NCBI GenBank assembly: GCA_030704615.1
Contig: CM060732.1
Location: 67,456,001 to 67,520,000, forward strand
Origin: Takakia lepidozioides
Lineage: Eukaryota > Plantae > Bryophyta
Length of the DNA stretch: 64,000 nucleotides
Direction of reading: 5' to 3'
Part shown: positions 13,253 through 25,870 of the stretch, piece by piece
Layout of the letters: every line of letters begins with the position of its first letter
Position numbering within the stretch: the stretch's first letter is position 1
Notes under the pieces: generated by a model
Databases searched by the model: none
The model's input: the letters and a program-made list of their open reading frames with translations, nothing else
What the model was told of the DNA's origin: nothing
Program-made: the position numbers and the translations under genes

Positions 13253-16200
13253 TAATATATTAAAAAAACTTTTTATCAGTCAGGTGTATCAATTTTATTT
13301 TTTTAATTAATTTTTTAATGTTTTTCAATTGGTGTATCAATTTGAATCCTGGGCAGTTATCTACCTATTTTCCTAATAACCGGCGTTTATCCGCAGAGTT
13401 AGGTTATTTATTTATTTTTCTTAACCGCCGCTGGCTAGTGGGGGTACATAACCATACTCCTACGCTGGGGCTCAAAATTACGATGGGCCTTAATCTTAGA
13501 GTTCATATATATTCTTCCGGTGCTTCCACTTGATGTCCTTATCCATGTCCACTAAGTTAGTGAGGGCCAGGGGCTAGGTGGCCGGTCACCAACAATCAGG
13601 AATGGGAGGCTTGAAGACGCCCCAATCTCCAACCCTCTAGCAAATGATGTCCCTCCAGTCCCGCATAGCATCGAACTCTTGAAGAATAATTCGTTTCTCT
13701 TGGGGACACTTGCAATAAAAAGTCAGAGGCCTTTCTTTCCTCAATCCAAGGATTATAGAAGATTATACAAAGGACTAAGCTCACACAGGGGCGTACCAGT
13801 TTGCACATCTATTTTTCCAATTGTGCCAAATTGTGAGGGAGCGCAAGCTCGCCCAAACTTGGCAAGACTTCCAAATTTTACCAATCTGGAGATTTATCAA
13901 ATTCAAATGCACATAATTTGCCTTAACCGATTTCCAACAATTGGAGTATAGAATGTACGAACTCGGGATCAAACCAGGGATGCAAAGTTGTAGGCAAATA
14001 TAGAACCTGATGTATACTACATCTTACACATAGAGGGGGGATCAGAGATTAGGGCATCAAGGGGGAAGAATATGTGAACCAATTTCCATAAAAAAAGAGA
14101 GATCGTAGCAGGCGAGTCTTAATCTAGACCTCTTTCCAAACAGCTAACCAATTAGTATCCACAGGCGGTGCGTTCCCCCATTTCTAACGCGAGAGAGGAG
14201 AGAGAAGACTCCGGTCCAAGGACCGGTGTAACTAAGAGCCATTTCTAACGCCATTTAACTCTAATTTTGAACATTTGCTCCCTAAACAAAACAGTTGAGA
14301 CTGAAGGATAATGTGACGGTGAGCCTGTGATGCTTAAAGCTCCGCCTAGAGCTAAAGCCATAGCTGAACCTTCCAAATCTAAGAGATGGAAGCAAGAAAT
14401 CGCAAGAAACAAATGGGAGCAATAGCAGTTCTCGCGAAAAACAAGCTACTGATGCCGTCAATCACTAAGACATACCTTACAAAAGGCCAAGATCATACTT
14501 GAAATACAAGAACTCGGTGCAGGAGCCGAGACTTCGTTCTGCATTGCAGCGGCTGCACGTGGCTGGCGAGCTGTTCTACAGTGACACACGGAGGGCTGAA
14601 GAGAGATGCAGCAAGATGTGACAAACGACGATCCTACAAATCCCAAGAACGATATGGCAGTTTTCTCTTTGCGCATAGGTGTGATTTGTTTCTCAAGCTG
14701 CACAGAGAGAGCAACAAGCAGGGAGACTGCTTGTTAAATCCTGTGCCATGGAAGAACCCGGAAGATAGCGGAGAACGTAAGATTCCTTGGTGATTCCATT
14801 CTTGACGACTTCAAGAATCCTCCGACTGCAGTTTTTGAAATGGGAAAAGGTTGTACAGGTTATTTTCCGGTTAATTTTCGGGCAATCCGGGCATGTTTCA
14901 AGAAAATTGACGTTGATAACGTGGCTACGAAACGTGTCGACAAAACGTGGCGACAATGATGTGGCACTATGGCACCCTATTCCTGCTCTACGCGAAACTG
15001 GTTTCTGACTTTCGGTCGTCAATTTTATTTAAAGTAAACAATCATTGATGATTTATGTTCATTAATTTTAATGATGCGGCCTATTAAATCACAAGTGTAA
15101 GCTAACAATATAACCTCAATATACTGTCCATTTAATAAATGGAATCGGTGGACAGAATTTGACTCGTGGACGGAATATCCCATCCATCATCTAGGGTTGC
15201 TCGACAGCTCCGAGTACTCACTTCCGAGCTCCGAGCTCCTTGGGGATTGTGCAGGGGATATCGCAGCAGAGGATGCGGACCAAATCCAAGCGCAAGTGAT
15301 TGAGGCGCGCTGATGTGCTGGATCTTTGGTCTTCCTTGGACACTGTCCGAATCGGCAAATTCAGCGATGCGTGGGCCTCTTGCACCGAACATCTTCGTTG
15401 TGAGTTCTTGTTTATCTTTTGAAACCATTGGATGGATGACTAGAGCTGTGAACCAGCATTGGCCAAGAGCAGCCAGATTTCTTTGCCGGTATCTCAGTAC
15501 TATCGCCTTGCAAGGTTATCTGGATCCCTAGCAGCCATTGCGGATGTTATAATTCTTTCAGTGCCATAACATGAAATTTACAAAGGCAGGCATCACAACT
15601 ATTACTGCATTCACTATTTCTACTGACGCCTCTGAGAAAAGCAATCTGCGAGTCAGTGTAGGGTGAATCCGAAGAGTTCTGTGTTGGTTGCTTTGGTGCT
15701 TATACCAATACATGGACTTCTGATTACACTCACAGTTTTGTGAAACAGCAAAAAGGAGGGAATCTTTCCTTTAATCCTCTACCAAATTAGAGTTTTGATG
15801 TAGTTCTTCCATCATTTCCCTCATCAACCAAACGTTGTGGACAGTGAGGGGTACAGGGAGAACACACTGTGATTGGACTGGCTACTGTCCAAAGATTCTT
15901 ACCAGGACGAATGAGGGTTGCACATCACTAGCCACCTTAAGAACCCGACCGTAAGAGACAACGCACACAGCCACAATCGGCCAGCCACCTGGCAATCATT
16001 AAAAATGACGGTTATAGGAGCTTCTTGTGAGGGACAGGCGGTGTACCCACACTGCTACAGTGAGAAAATTGGGCATCGTCTCTTTACTGCTCCAGTGAGA
16101 TTTTTCTTCTTCGCGATCTTCCGTCTTCTGCTGCTGGAGGACTCTTTTCTCTACCATCTTCCAGCTTCCTGCTGTGAGGCCTAAATGGAAACACAACGTC

Positions 16201-16607
16201 TTTCATCTCAGAATATCATGATGCCTCCAAACATGTCTGTCAAGCTGCTTCTGTCAAGTAAAATTTCATGACATCACTTCAATTTAGAGGTGAAGAATTC
16301 GGTACTCTGGACACAGCTAGGCAGCTCCTCTTTCTGACAGGGAAGTTCCAACTAGTCCTAGGATCGCCACCCACCTGATAGCTGGGTGGTGGACAGTGGG
16401 TTTTTTGGGGGAAAGTAGTGTACCCACCACCAATCCTCATGTGCCTGGGCTATTTGTCAATTGTGGATAGAGCAGAAGCGGTGGGATGCATAGGTAGTGC
16501 AGGGACTGTGCACTTATATACCAGCAGCAATTGTCAGGGACAAACTTTGAAGTAGACAGATATGCTCGGGCACAGAGTATGACAGATTATGAGTGATTTC
16601 TGACAAG

Positions 16608-19600
16608 ATGGTGATGGAGTGGCAGAAGGACCTGGGAATTGCGTTTCTTTCAGCAACGTCCGTTAACTCATTCAGGAACAATTTTGTGAAGCAAGCAAGG
16701 GGAGCTTTGGCCTTTCTAAGTAACAGCATTTCCCCCCCCACACAGAACACTACTTTTGGAATTCAACAACGTTTCAACCAGGTATTGTCCAGTTGTAAGG
16801 TCCCAGAGTGGCGTATACGAGCGCCTATCTCCTCCACGGCTTATCAAGGGTCCCAGATGGGGTCTGCTGGTGAAGCTTACGGTAGTGGACCACCCTCACT
16901 TGATTTGGGTGGTAAGGCTGTTGAAGTTGCAGGAGCTTCGGGGGTGTCTGAGACTGATGTCAGGCATGGTTTGCCCCCTCATCCTTATCTGACCCACCCC
17001 CTCAAATTTCTCCTCCCCTTAGCATGGTTTTTCATGGGCCAAATAACATCATGTCTTTCTCCCCAGGTCAGGTGCTTTTCTTTGGCTGGTTTTTTCTTTC
17101 TCAATTTCTTCTGGCTTGATATCTCCACTACCAGTTGCACAGTGTCTCATTCAGAGAGGAAAATGAGATTTTTGGATAATGAGAGACCAGAGGTCACATG
17201 GGTCGGGGAGAGAAGGGAGTAAGAAAAAAACAAATCCGTTATGTCTCCAGACCCAAGGGATACGGGAAAGGAAATGAAATGGTACGTTATGAGGTCGGTG
17301 GGAAGCTCATAGATAAAGAAACTTATAATATCCACAGATGGAGAGAGAGATTGTCTTTTGCTTGTAGGTTCTCTTCTCATTAGGAGGCCAATATGAGAAA
17401 GGAGTTATTGGTCTTTGTAATTGCAGGAAAGCTATCGAATCAAGTCCCTTCCAACGATGGTTGGAGAACATGAAGGGGCCAGCAGGCATTCTAATGCTGG
17501 GTGGTGCAGGGGGAGCCCGGTGCTCTCTTCGCCGAGTCCTCATCCAGGTATGCGCATGGTTTCCACTTTTCAGATTACCACACCACAACAACTGGTTTGC
17601 TTGCAGCATGTATCTGAAGGGTACGGTGATTATGCTACATTTGTTCCCTGTATCGTAGCCTGCTCCTTGGGTTTTGATGATGTTGTATCTGATCTCGATA
17701 GCTACATGCATTGTCCCTGTGATATGTAGCCATATGCATGTGTAGCCAATGGCAATGTAGTTACATTGTTAATGAAGTATTGACTCGAGACATTAACATC
17801 ACCCAAGAGAGCATCGTGTCCACTCTGGCAATGTGCTCTCTAAACATGCAGGAAGCCTTCCATGGGGGCCCAGACACACATACAGGCTGTTTCACTTTGA
17901 TTTTTGCCTTGCAGATTATATCAAGGAGTGCTTTGAATCCTTGGACCCTTCAAGTACTCAAGGAATTTGACTCTATGAAGGGCTTTGTGGTGTGATGTTT
18001 GAGGAGCAGAGTGTAGACATGTTCGGGCAGCGCGTGGGCTTTGTTAAGTTCAAAGCCGAGGTGGTGGATGATGAGACAGGTGCTAAGGTAATCTCTTTGG
18101 ATTATGGTGATGTAGAATATACGAGTATACAGAATTCCTGTGGACTGTTCCCTGTGAACATTGGCTTGGAGGAACCCTCACGCACATGGTCCCTCCCTCT
18201 TGGAATTTGTGTTGAGTTTAAAGGAGCAGTAAGGTTGAAGTTACTCTCCAATAGAGCTAATGACATATGCTTAAAAGGATAAGTTGAGTTTCAAGATTAC
18301 ATCACGTTAGGAAGCATATTGTTGACTCCAGCCCTGCTAGTGTAGCCCTAGAGTTACAACAAGTCTGGTTAATATCACGCGTAGTATTAAATTTTCCAGA
18401 ACTTTTGATTCTAGCACCTCTCATATTTTGTGGTGGGGAACCAGTTGCCAGGTATAATATTTGCAAGGGGTGGAGCTGTTGGCATTTTGATGCTCTTGGA
18501 GTGTGAGGGCGAGAAGTATGCAGTTCTCACTGAACAGGTCTGCTCAGCTCAATTTACATTTAGGGTTAGGGTAAACCACAATGTTGCATATGGGGTGGAT
18601 TATCAGAGCTGTGGTAGATCCGTAACAAGATTTTCATCCATCTGACAAGGTTCTATGGCAGAATGGGAGCTGTAATTTGGGATCCTTGCGGCGATCTTTT
18701 AATTAAGGCCACCAGGAGGGGTTTTGTGTCATGTTAATCTTGATGATGTCGACAAATGCAAAAAGTTGTACTTGAATGATAATGTTTTCAACTCCTGTGC
18801 ACAGGCAAGGGTTCCAGTAGGGCGGACCATTCTGGAGCTTCCTGCTGGCATGCTGGATGATGATGCCGGGGACTTTGTTGGAACCGCTGCCCGAGAGGTA
18901 AGGTGTTCTTTTGTTTCCTCCCCACAGACTGCTGTCCTTCTTTTCCACAAATCTTACTGGTTAGAATTTAAAGTCTGCAAGGTGGGTGATGAAGTACTTT
19001 GGTTGGGACTTGGGACTCAGTAGGTGGAAGAAGAAGTGGGCATTCACATCAAAACTTCAGAGCTTGTTGATCTTACAGCTCTGTTGGACGAGTCAACTGG
19101 TCGCAAAATGTTCCCCTCACCGGTATCTTCTATCCTCTTTGATATGGCTTCGTGTGTTCAACTCTCTCTGCTCTTAGTATGCTCTGGCCAATGGTACAAG
19201 ATCGTCGTACGAGCGATCATGAGTTCAAAGCTGTTGGATGTCACCCATTATAGCCAACCCAGCTATAAAAGGATACCTAATGTGTGGGTATCTGGGGTCG
19301 TTCGAGTCCTTGGGGGAAGTTTGGGCAACTGCCGGTCACGGCCCTTAGAAGGTGTGCACCTTCCAAACTGAAGGCAGTAGTCCTTCTGGGTGAAGAGACA
19401 CCATAATTTATGCTCGCTGTGGCAGGTGTCAACCTTTTCTTGGTACGGCCAAGCCATTATTTGGCAGGTGGCAAGGGTTCTTCAATCTCTTATATGTTAA
19501 CGCTCAGTGTGGTATTGGCCTGACAAGTGGAAGTGGCTGGCTGACAAAATGAAAAAGAGAAAGTTAGTGTTTGTGTTGTATGGTGTGCTGACCTTTCTTG

Positions 19601-20596
19601 TTTTGTCTAGATCCATGTCACAGCTGTATATTGTTTTGACTTTGTGGTTTTGTGTATCAAACAGGGTGGAAGTGATGAAGATATTTCATTGCTTTTGTAT
19701 CGCAGTCAGGTTGACCGAAAGGTGAGTCACAATTTGCAGAATCCTACTTTGTGTGTGCTCAATTTGTGCTCAATGCCACAATTTGGCTAAAGAGTTCACC
19801 ACTGTGCTATGAGCCCTCTAGGCCTCCTTAATCAACAAAGCCTTCCTTGCAGGTTACTTTTAAGTCGGTATTAGTACCCTCTATGCAGGTTGTATGATCA
19901 AGAGTACTGGATTTTTCAGTTGCTTATTCCCTGATTACTAGTGGGTCATGGAATGTATGATGCCAGCATTAGAGAATAAAGGAATGATGATCCAATCAAT
20001 CATCACTCACAGATTTGCAGCCAAAGAGGAGATCTTAATTTCACTACTGAAGGATACAGCCCATTTTGGTAGTAAACCACTGACCAGCTGCCTGAGTTGA
20101 GAGAGAATGGCGCCTCGTCCTAAGCATTCAGCACTTCCATTCTTTCAACTCTATTAAGTTTCTTTTGGATGTTCTCATTGAAGTACTAGAGTCTATAGTG
20201 AATGGTCTTTTTTTGTTCTGCAATGAATTGTCATATTGCCATAACTGTTTGTTTGCATGTTATGGACTCATTTCTCCAGCTTGTTGGTGTAAAAATGAGT
20301 GGTTGATGCGAACAGGCAGAACTAAGTACTTATATTCTGCTGAAACAGTATTTTAAAGTAGCAATGTAGTGTAATGACCCCTTAGATTGGACATATTTTG
20401 GCAGGTGATAGAATCATTACGAGGACAACAGACAGGCCTGCAGGAGCATGGAGAGCTGATCAAGGTGCACGTAGTACCTTACCACACCCTTTGGCGCTCC
20501 ACACCTGACTCCAAGGCTTTGGCTGCCGTTGCCATTTATGAGATGGCTTTACGGTTGAACCTTCTTCCGCCTGCTCCTAATGTCCTGCCTCATTAG
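16608..20596 (+). CDS. NUDX14: Nudix hydrolase 14 / ADP-sugar pyrophosphatase, plastid-type, 8 exons
   Basis: Exons 16608-16963 (GC donor), 17427-17547, 18010-18087, 18445-18537, 18805-18897, 19024-19122, 19665-19721, 20405-20596. Motifs: VDMFGQRVGFVKFKA, PGIIFARGGAV, Nudix box LELPAGMLDDDAGDFVGTAAREVEEEVG, FPSPGGSDE, GLQEHGELIKV. N-terminal transit-peptide-like segment. Confidence 0.93.
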
Positions 20597-21661
20597 AGTC
20601 TGTGCTGCCTCATCAGATGTGTGTCATTGTGGAGTCAAAGCACTTTCCTTTGTCAACAAAGTTTTTGGTTGGAAAGTTGAAGAGTGCAAGAAAATGAGAA
20701 CTGGTCACCTTATTATGTCCTACAGACACCCAACAGGTGCATGGATGAAGCTATAGTTCTGTTCCGTTTGGTGGGGTGAAGAGGTATATTTACTGTTCTG
20801 TTTTTTTGCGACCTATGGGATTTTTACACCTGGGACAGGGGATTCATTAATGATTTTGAGTGCTGGCTATCAGGATCTCAGAAGTATTGCTGGATCTGCT
20901 ATTTTAACACATGAGGAAAAAGGAATACAGTGGGGGAGAGGGGGGGGGGAAGCAGTAGAAGAAAAACACAGATGGTAAGCTCGAAGCAGGGTTCATTGAT
21001 TTCAATCCACCTACTAAACAAAATAATAGTCGATCTATCATACTTTTCTTGCAGTTATCCATAAGATCTGCCACAGAAACAAACATCAATTAACAGCTGC
21101 TTGTAATCTTGAACATACCTGAAGCTAAGCTGCCGAGGAGTCGCTATCACTTTAATAAGCCTCGCACTTCCGAAGGGTCTTGATTAGCACCAGGCAGCCT
21201 CCCTCTATATCAATCTCAACACCCACCACAGCGCTCGCCATTGCTGCCAGCAGGATAACTCAAAATTGCCTTCATCGTCGTCCTCAACACACACACATGT
21301 AAAATCCTACAGGTTTTTTCCCTTTGTATTTGGAAGGACGTTTTTTGACGGAGTATCCTGTTAACGGCGGGCAATGACTTTATGCGTAAGGTCCCTTGGG
21401 CGGGGGATCTTAGATCTTACGCCCAGTCATCTTTTCTTCTCTTAAATTCCTTTCTCTTTAAGTAACCTCATGTCTTTATGCAGGGGAAGCCCCCCTACCT
21501 CGGGCCCACGTTGGTGTTGGGGTTGCACATAGCGCGGTGAGCCCTCGCAGGGAAGACTTCCCATATACACGACAAGACAGAGGAAAGAGTGAGGAAGAGA
21601 AGGGAGGTGTGTGAGATCCATGTGAGGATGTCATCGTAATAGAGTGCGGCAGGAACCACCC

Positions 21662-21984
21662 TTGGGAGCATTTCTCGGTTGATCTCTGGACAGGTCTGCG
21701 CCACCATTTGGACGGAATATTCCATGGATATTCGTATTGTTGATGTCGTTGCAGTGGATTCATTGATACATTATACGGACGTGGATGGGACAGGCTCGAG
21801 CAGTGCAGAAGAGTTACAGGCTCAACAATCTTCATGAATGCGGTTCACAGTCCTGCAGGTAGTGAAATAGATAGAGGGTGGTATCTCGGAACAAATTCGT
21901 TCGTTCAACTAGTCGATTGATGGCTCCAGCAACGTATGCGATCGGCCCAACGGCATCGGAAACTGCAAGTACGATGCTGGACTG
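21662..21984 (+). repeat. Dispersed ~320-bp repeat, copy 1 (copy 2 at 63668-63992)
   Basis: TTGGGAGCATTTCTCGGTTGAT...GCATCGGAAACTGCAAGTACGATGCTGGACTG is near-identical at both loci, same orientation. Confidence 0.9.
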
Positions 21985-22100
21985 CAATAAATGAGTTATT
22001 CTTGACCGGAGAGAGATAATCTCTCTAGAGCTTCACCTCCCAGTTTGGTTGAGTTTGGTTTGTCAATACTTCATAGCTAAAGTGGTAGACTTGGGACGTA

Positions 22101-22866
22101 CGAAGCAGCACACAGGGTAGCAGCAAAATGCAGATGCCATAACTCTCACCCGCGAGCTCAGAAGCATGAGGAGTGCTGCTGACGGCAGAAGAGATACACT
22201 AGGGCCATGCCCGATTTTTCATCCGTGCAGGATGAGTAATCAACACTACTTTTTTCGAAACCCGACGGATGTCATCCGTTAGCTAGGTTTAAACAGTAGG
22301 TTATAGGGTAGGGGTAAGGGTTTCATTCCTTAATTAGCCGTAATTAATTATTAAACAACAGTCCAGGGCCATCATAGGCTGCATATTTCATCCGGTTCTG
22401 ATGAAAAAGTTAGTAAGTTCATCCAGATGGAGAAGGTTCGTCAGTAGGATGGAAAAACAATACATAATATCCAAGGCTACGGTTTCACATCCTAAACAGG
22501 TAATTCAACATCCCAAAAAAAAATGCCTCATCCAGTACAGAAAAAAGCCATGGAAGAGGAATAAACGAATTAATATCCCGGTATTTTTTATCATGGAAAA
22601 AATTAAATATAGGATGCCAGTGTCAACCCCTACAGAGGTAATTCCTCATTCTCACTCATCTGGTATGGATGAAAGTCAATAAAAGAGGAATGAAAAAAAT
22701 CATAGACTCAATTTAGAGTAGTGTCCACCCAGGTAATTCATCCGGTATGGATAAAAAATCGTTATAGGGCGGGTGAAAACACTGTTTAGAGTCCATCCGG
22801 TATAGATGGAAAAACAGGAAAAAAAACTGATAAAACCGGCCAATTCCAAGGAGGGAGGGAGAGAGA
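22101..22866 (+). repeat. ~765-bp direct repeat, copy 1
   Basis: Near-identical to 23694-24463 (CGAAGCAGCACACA...CAATTCCAAGGAGGGAGGGAG). Rich in CATCC/GGATG motifs, with an ACGGATG-T-CATCCGT hairpin. Confidence 0.92.
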
Positions 22867-23693
22867 ACCAACACTGTTTTCCAGGAGGTTTATGCCAGGT
22901 TTTGCAAATAAAATCTCACTATGCTGATCCATTCCACACAAAATCGAGGCCTGAAAGAGGCCTATTATTGCCTTATCAGATTGCCATCTTTAAAAACAGG
23001 GTCTCCTCTTCCTTAGAACCAAACAGCCTTTGATGCCTTACCCATAAACCATAACTCCTCTTTAAGGCCAGAACTGTACCTAGCTTATTAATCCACAGGC
23101 AATGCTGTCAAAGATTCAAGACAAGGTAAAATAAGCATCAGCATGCCAAACCAGGAACAAGCGGGCCGAAATCAGGGCTGCAGGCAGCAACCAAGTAAAG
23201 ACGCCATACACACTAGGTTCCCTTTGCCCACATCCTGCAAGCTCAAGAGAATTCAAAACAAGTAGGGATCCTCACCTGGTCCCATCACAAGCCCCCACAA
23301 AAACCAATAGGTTAGTGAGGATTGTGGAACTCCAGGTGAATTACAGACCCCCACACTTGTCATCGATGTCAACTAAGAACCTCAAAAACAAGAGAGAAAG
23401 ACATAAAGCAAAAGGAACCCTAATCACCAAAAGCACCTTGAGCGATGAGGGAAGATAATTGTGCGCCATCGCCATCAGCAAGCCACCTCCAGCACAGTTA
23501 AGGAGAAGTGAAGCATACAAGTATCCTTACTAGGTTTAAGAAGGTGAGAGAGATACTTCCCAACACGAGCGCTGCCGCGAAACATAAAAGCCAAAGGAAG
23601 GAAAGAGACGATACATTCACAGCATTGTCTCCCGCCTGTGAGAAGAGACAAAACACCGCCATTGCGCATCCCCAGGAGCTCGTCCAGCATGAA

Positions 23694-24552
23694 CGAAGCA
23701 GCACACAAGGTAGCAGCAAAATGCAGATGCCATAACTCACCCCGCGAGCTCAGAAGCACAAGGAGTGCTGCTGACGGCAGGAGAGACACGCTAGGGCCAT
23801 GCCCGATTTTTCATCCGTGCAGGATGAGTAATCAACACTACTTTTTTCGAAACCCGACGGATGTCATCCGTTAGCTAGGTTTAAACAGCAGGTTATAGGG
23901 TAGGGGTAAGGGTTTCATTCCTTAATTAGCCGTAATTAATTATTAAACAACAGTCCAGGGCCATCATAGGCTGCATATTTCATCCGGTTCTGATGAAAAA
24001 GTTAGTAAGTTCATCCAGATGGAGAAGGTTCGTCAGTAGGATGGAAAAACAATACATAATATCCAAGGCTACGGTTTCACATCCTAACAGGTAATTCAAC
24101 ATCCCAAAAAAAAATGCCTCATCCAGTACAGAAAAAAGCCATGGAAGAGGAATAAACGAATTAATATCCCGGTATTTTTCATCATGGAAAAAATTAAATA
24201 TAGGATGCCAGTGTCAACCCCTACAGAGGTAATTCCTCATTCTCACTCATCTGGTATGGATGAAAGTCAATAACAGAGGAATGAAAAAATCATAGACTCA
24301 GTTTAGAGCAGTGTCCACCCAGGTATTTCATCCGGTATGGATAAAAAATCGTTATAGGGCGGGTGAAAACACTGTTTAGAGTCCATCCGGTATAGATGGA
24401 AAAACAGGAAAAAAACTGATAAAACCGGCCAATTCCAAGGAGGGAGGGAGGGAGGGAGAGAGAGGGAGACATCAGGGGGCAACAAAGAAAATAAAAGAAG
24501 GTGGGGGGAGTGACTCCCCCCCCACATTTTTTTTTTTTCTTTGTTGCCCCCT
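23694..24552 (+). repeat. ~765-bp direct repeat, copy 2, followed by a 79-bp hairpin
   Basis: Matches 22101-22866. Hairpin at 24474-24552: AGGGGGCAACAAAGAAAA..GTGGGGGGAG-TGA-CTCCCCCCCCAC..TTTTCTTTGTTGCCCCCT. Confidence 0.9.
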
Positions 24553-25415
24553 CTCTTGGGGAAATAAAAGGGACAGATCCTACCTCTATCAGGGGCTAAC
24601 GTTGGTAGTAAGACTTACTCTCACATATAGAATTAATCTAGGTTTTCCAGATATCCTCTACAAATCCCTTCACACAAGCATTAATCTGCTGTATGTGAAT
24701 TGCCCAAAAACTAGGCCTCAGAAGGGGCTGGGCTTTTGGCTCAGCCTCGACACTTTCAAAGTTAGTAAACAGAGGTACATGCACAATTCCCTTGATAGAT
24801 TTGAAGAGAGCGTCTCTTTGGTGAGAGAACCCCGGACAGTGTATCATCATCTCTACTTCTGTTTGCTTATCAAAGGAAGGCTTCCCGCCCCGAGTTTAAA
24901 TTTCAGTCTAGTGTCGAAAGTGGGTAGACCCTTTAGGTCATCCAAGATGACCTCCCCCATGTCATAGACTGGAAACAAGTTCAGGGAAGTTTTTTGCCTA
25001 ACTTCATTTTCATCAAACAATCTCATGGCAACAGACATGGTTGGACACTACAGCCTCTAAGTCATATTTATCCAGCAGGGTGAAGATTTGCGGTTCGAGT
25101 CCTTGAGAATCTCTTCTACTGTCTTCTAGTGCCAGTGTTTGATAGATCGGTGGGCGGTCCTGTTTCCAAGATATAGAGTCGGTTAACTTAGGATATCTGG
25201 TGTTGGACATATACTGCAGCTGACTCCACCATCTGACCTTAAACTCATCTCGTCGGGAGCTTAAAAGAGAGGGAGAGAGAGGGAAGATACTCATGTCATG
25301 TCAAGACATGGACAAGACCCACTAGGTCATTGTCAATTAAAGACATAAACAACCCATAAACATGGCACCATCTAACACTTCCATTCTTGTCTGCTGCAGC
25401 ATGTTCAAATTCCTA

Positions 25416-25870
25416 TAAGTAACCCAAGACATGCACCATGCAAGGCTCCTTGGGTAGGTAAGAACAGCGGCGCCCTGCTACAGATTCAAGGTATGTTCAT
25501 ACAAGCACCTTGAAGGACCAGCCTACAATTTACCAAATTTCAAACATGCAACCAAATAATCTTCTTGGGCATGACAAAACATATTGCAACTTCACTCTTT
25601 GCCATTTGTAAGTACCCCAAGACATGCATCATGCAAAGCTCATTGGGTAGGTAAGAACAGGCTGTTCTACTACAGATTTAGGATATGTTCATACAGGTAC
25701 CTTGAAGGACCAGCCTGCAATTAATCAGATTTCAAGCATGTAACCAAGTAAACTTCTTGGGCACGACAAAACATATTGCAGCTTCACTCTTTGCCATTTG
25801 TAAGTATCCCAAGACATGCAGCATGCAAGGCCTCTTGGGTAGGTAAGCCATACTACAGATTCAAGACATG
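25416..25870. repeat. ~192-bp tandem repeat, ~2.3 copies
   Basis: TAAGTA.CCCAAGACATGCA.CATGCAA.G....TGGGTAGGTAAG starts at ~25416, ~25609 and ~25801. Confidence 0.85.

Noticed and set aside
11954-16200. Short ORFs between ABCI17 and NUDX14
   Set aside because: No recognisable domains or consistent exon structure; probably UTR, promoter and repeat sequence.
21662-21984. rRNA or organellar DNA insertion
   Set aside because: No recognisable rRNA or organellar gene motifs; treated as an unclassified repeat.
22870-23690. LINE ORF1 (DUF4283-like) remnant between the direct repeats
   Set aside because: Too degenerate, with multiple stops, to call.
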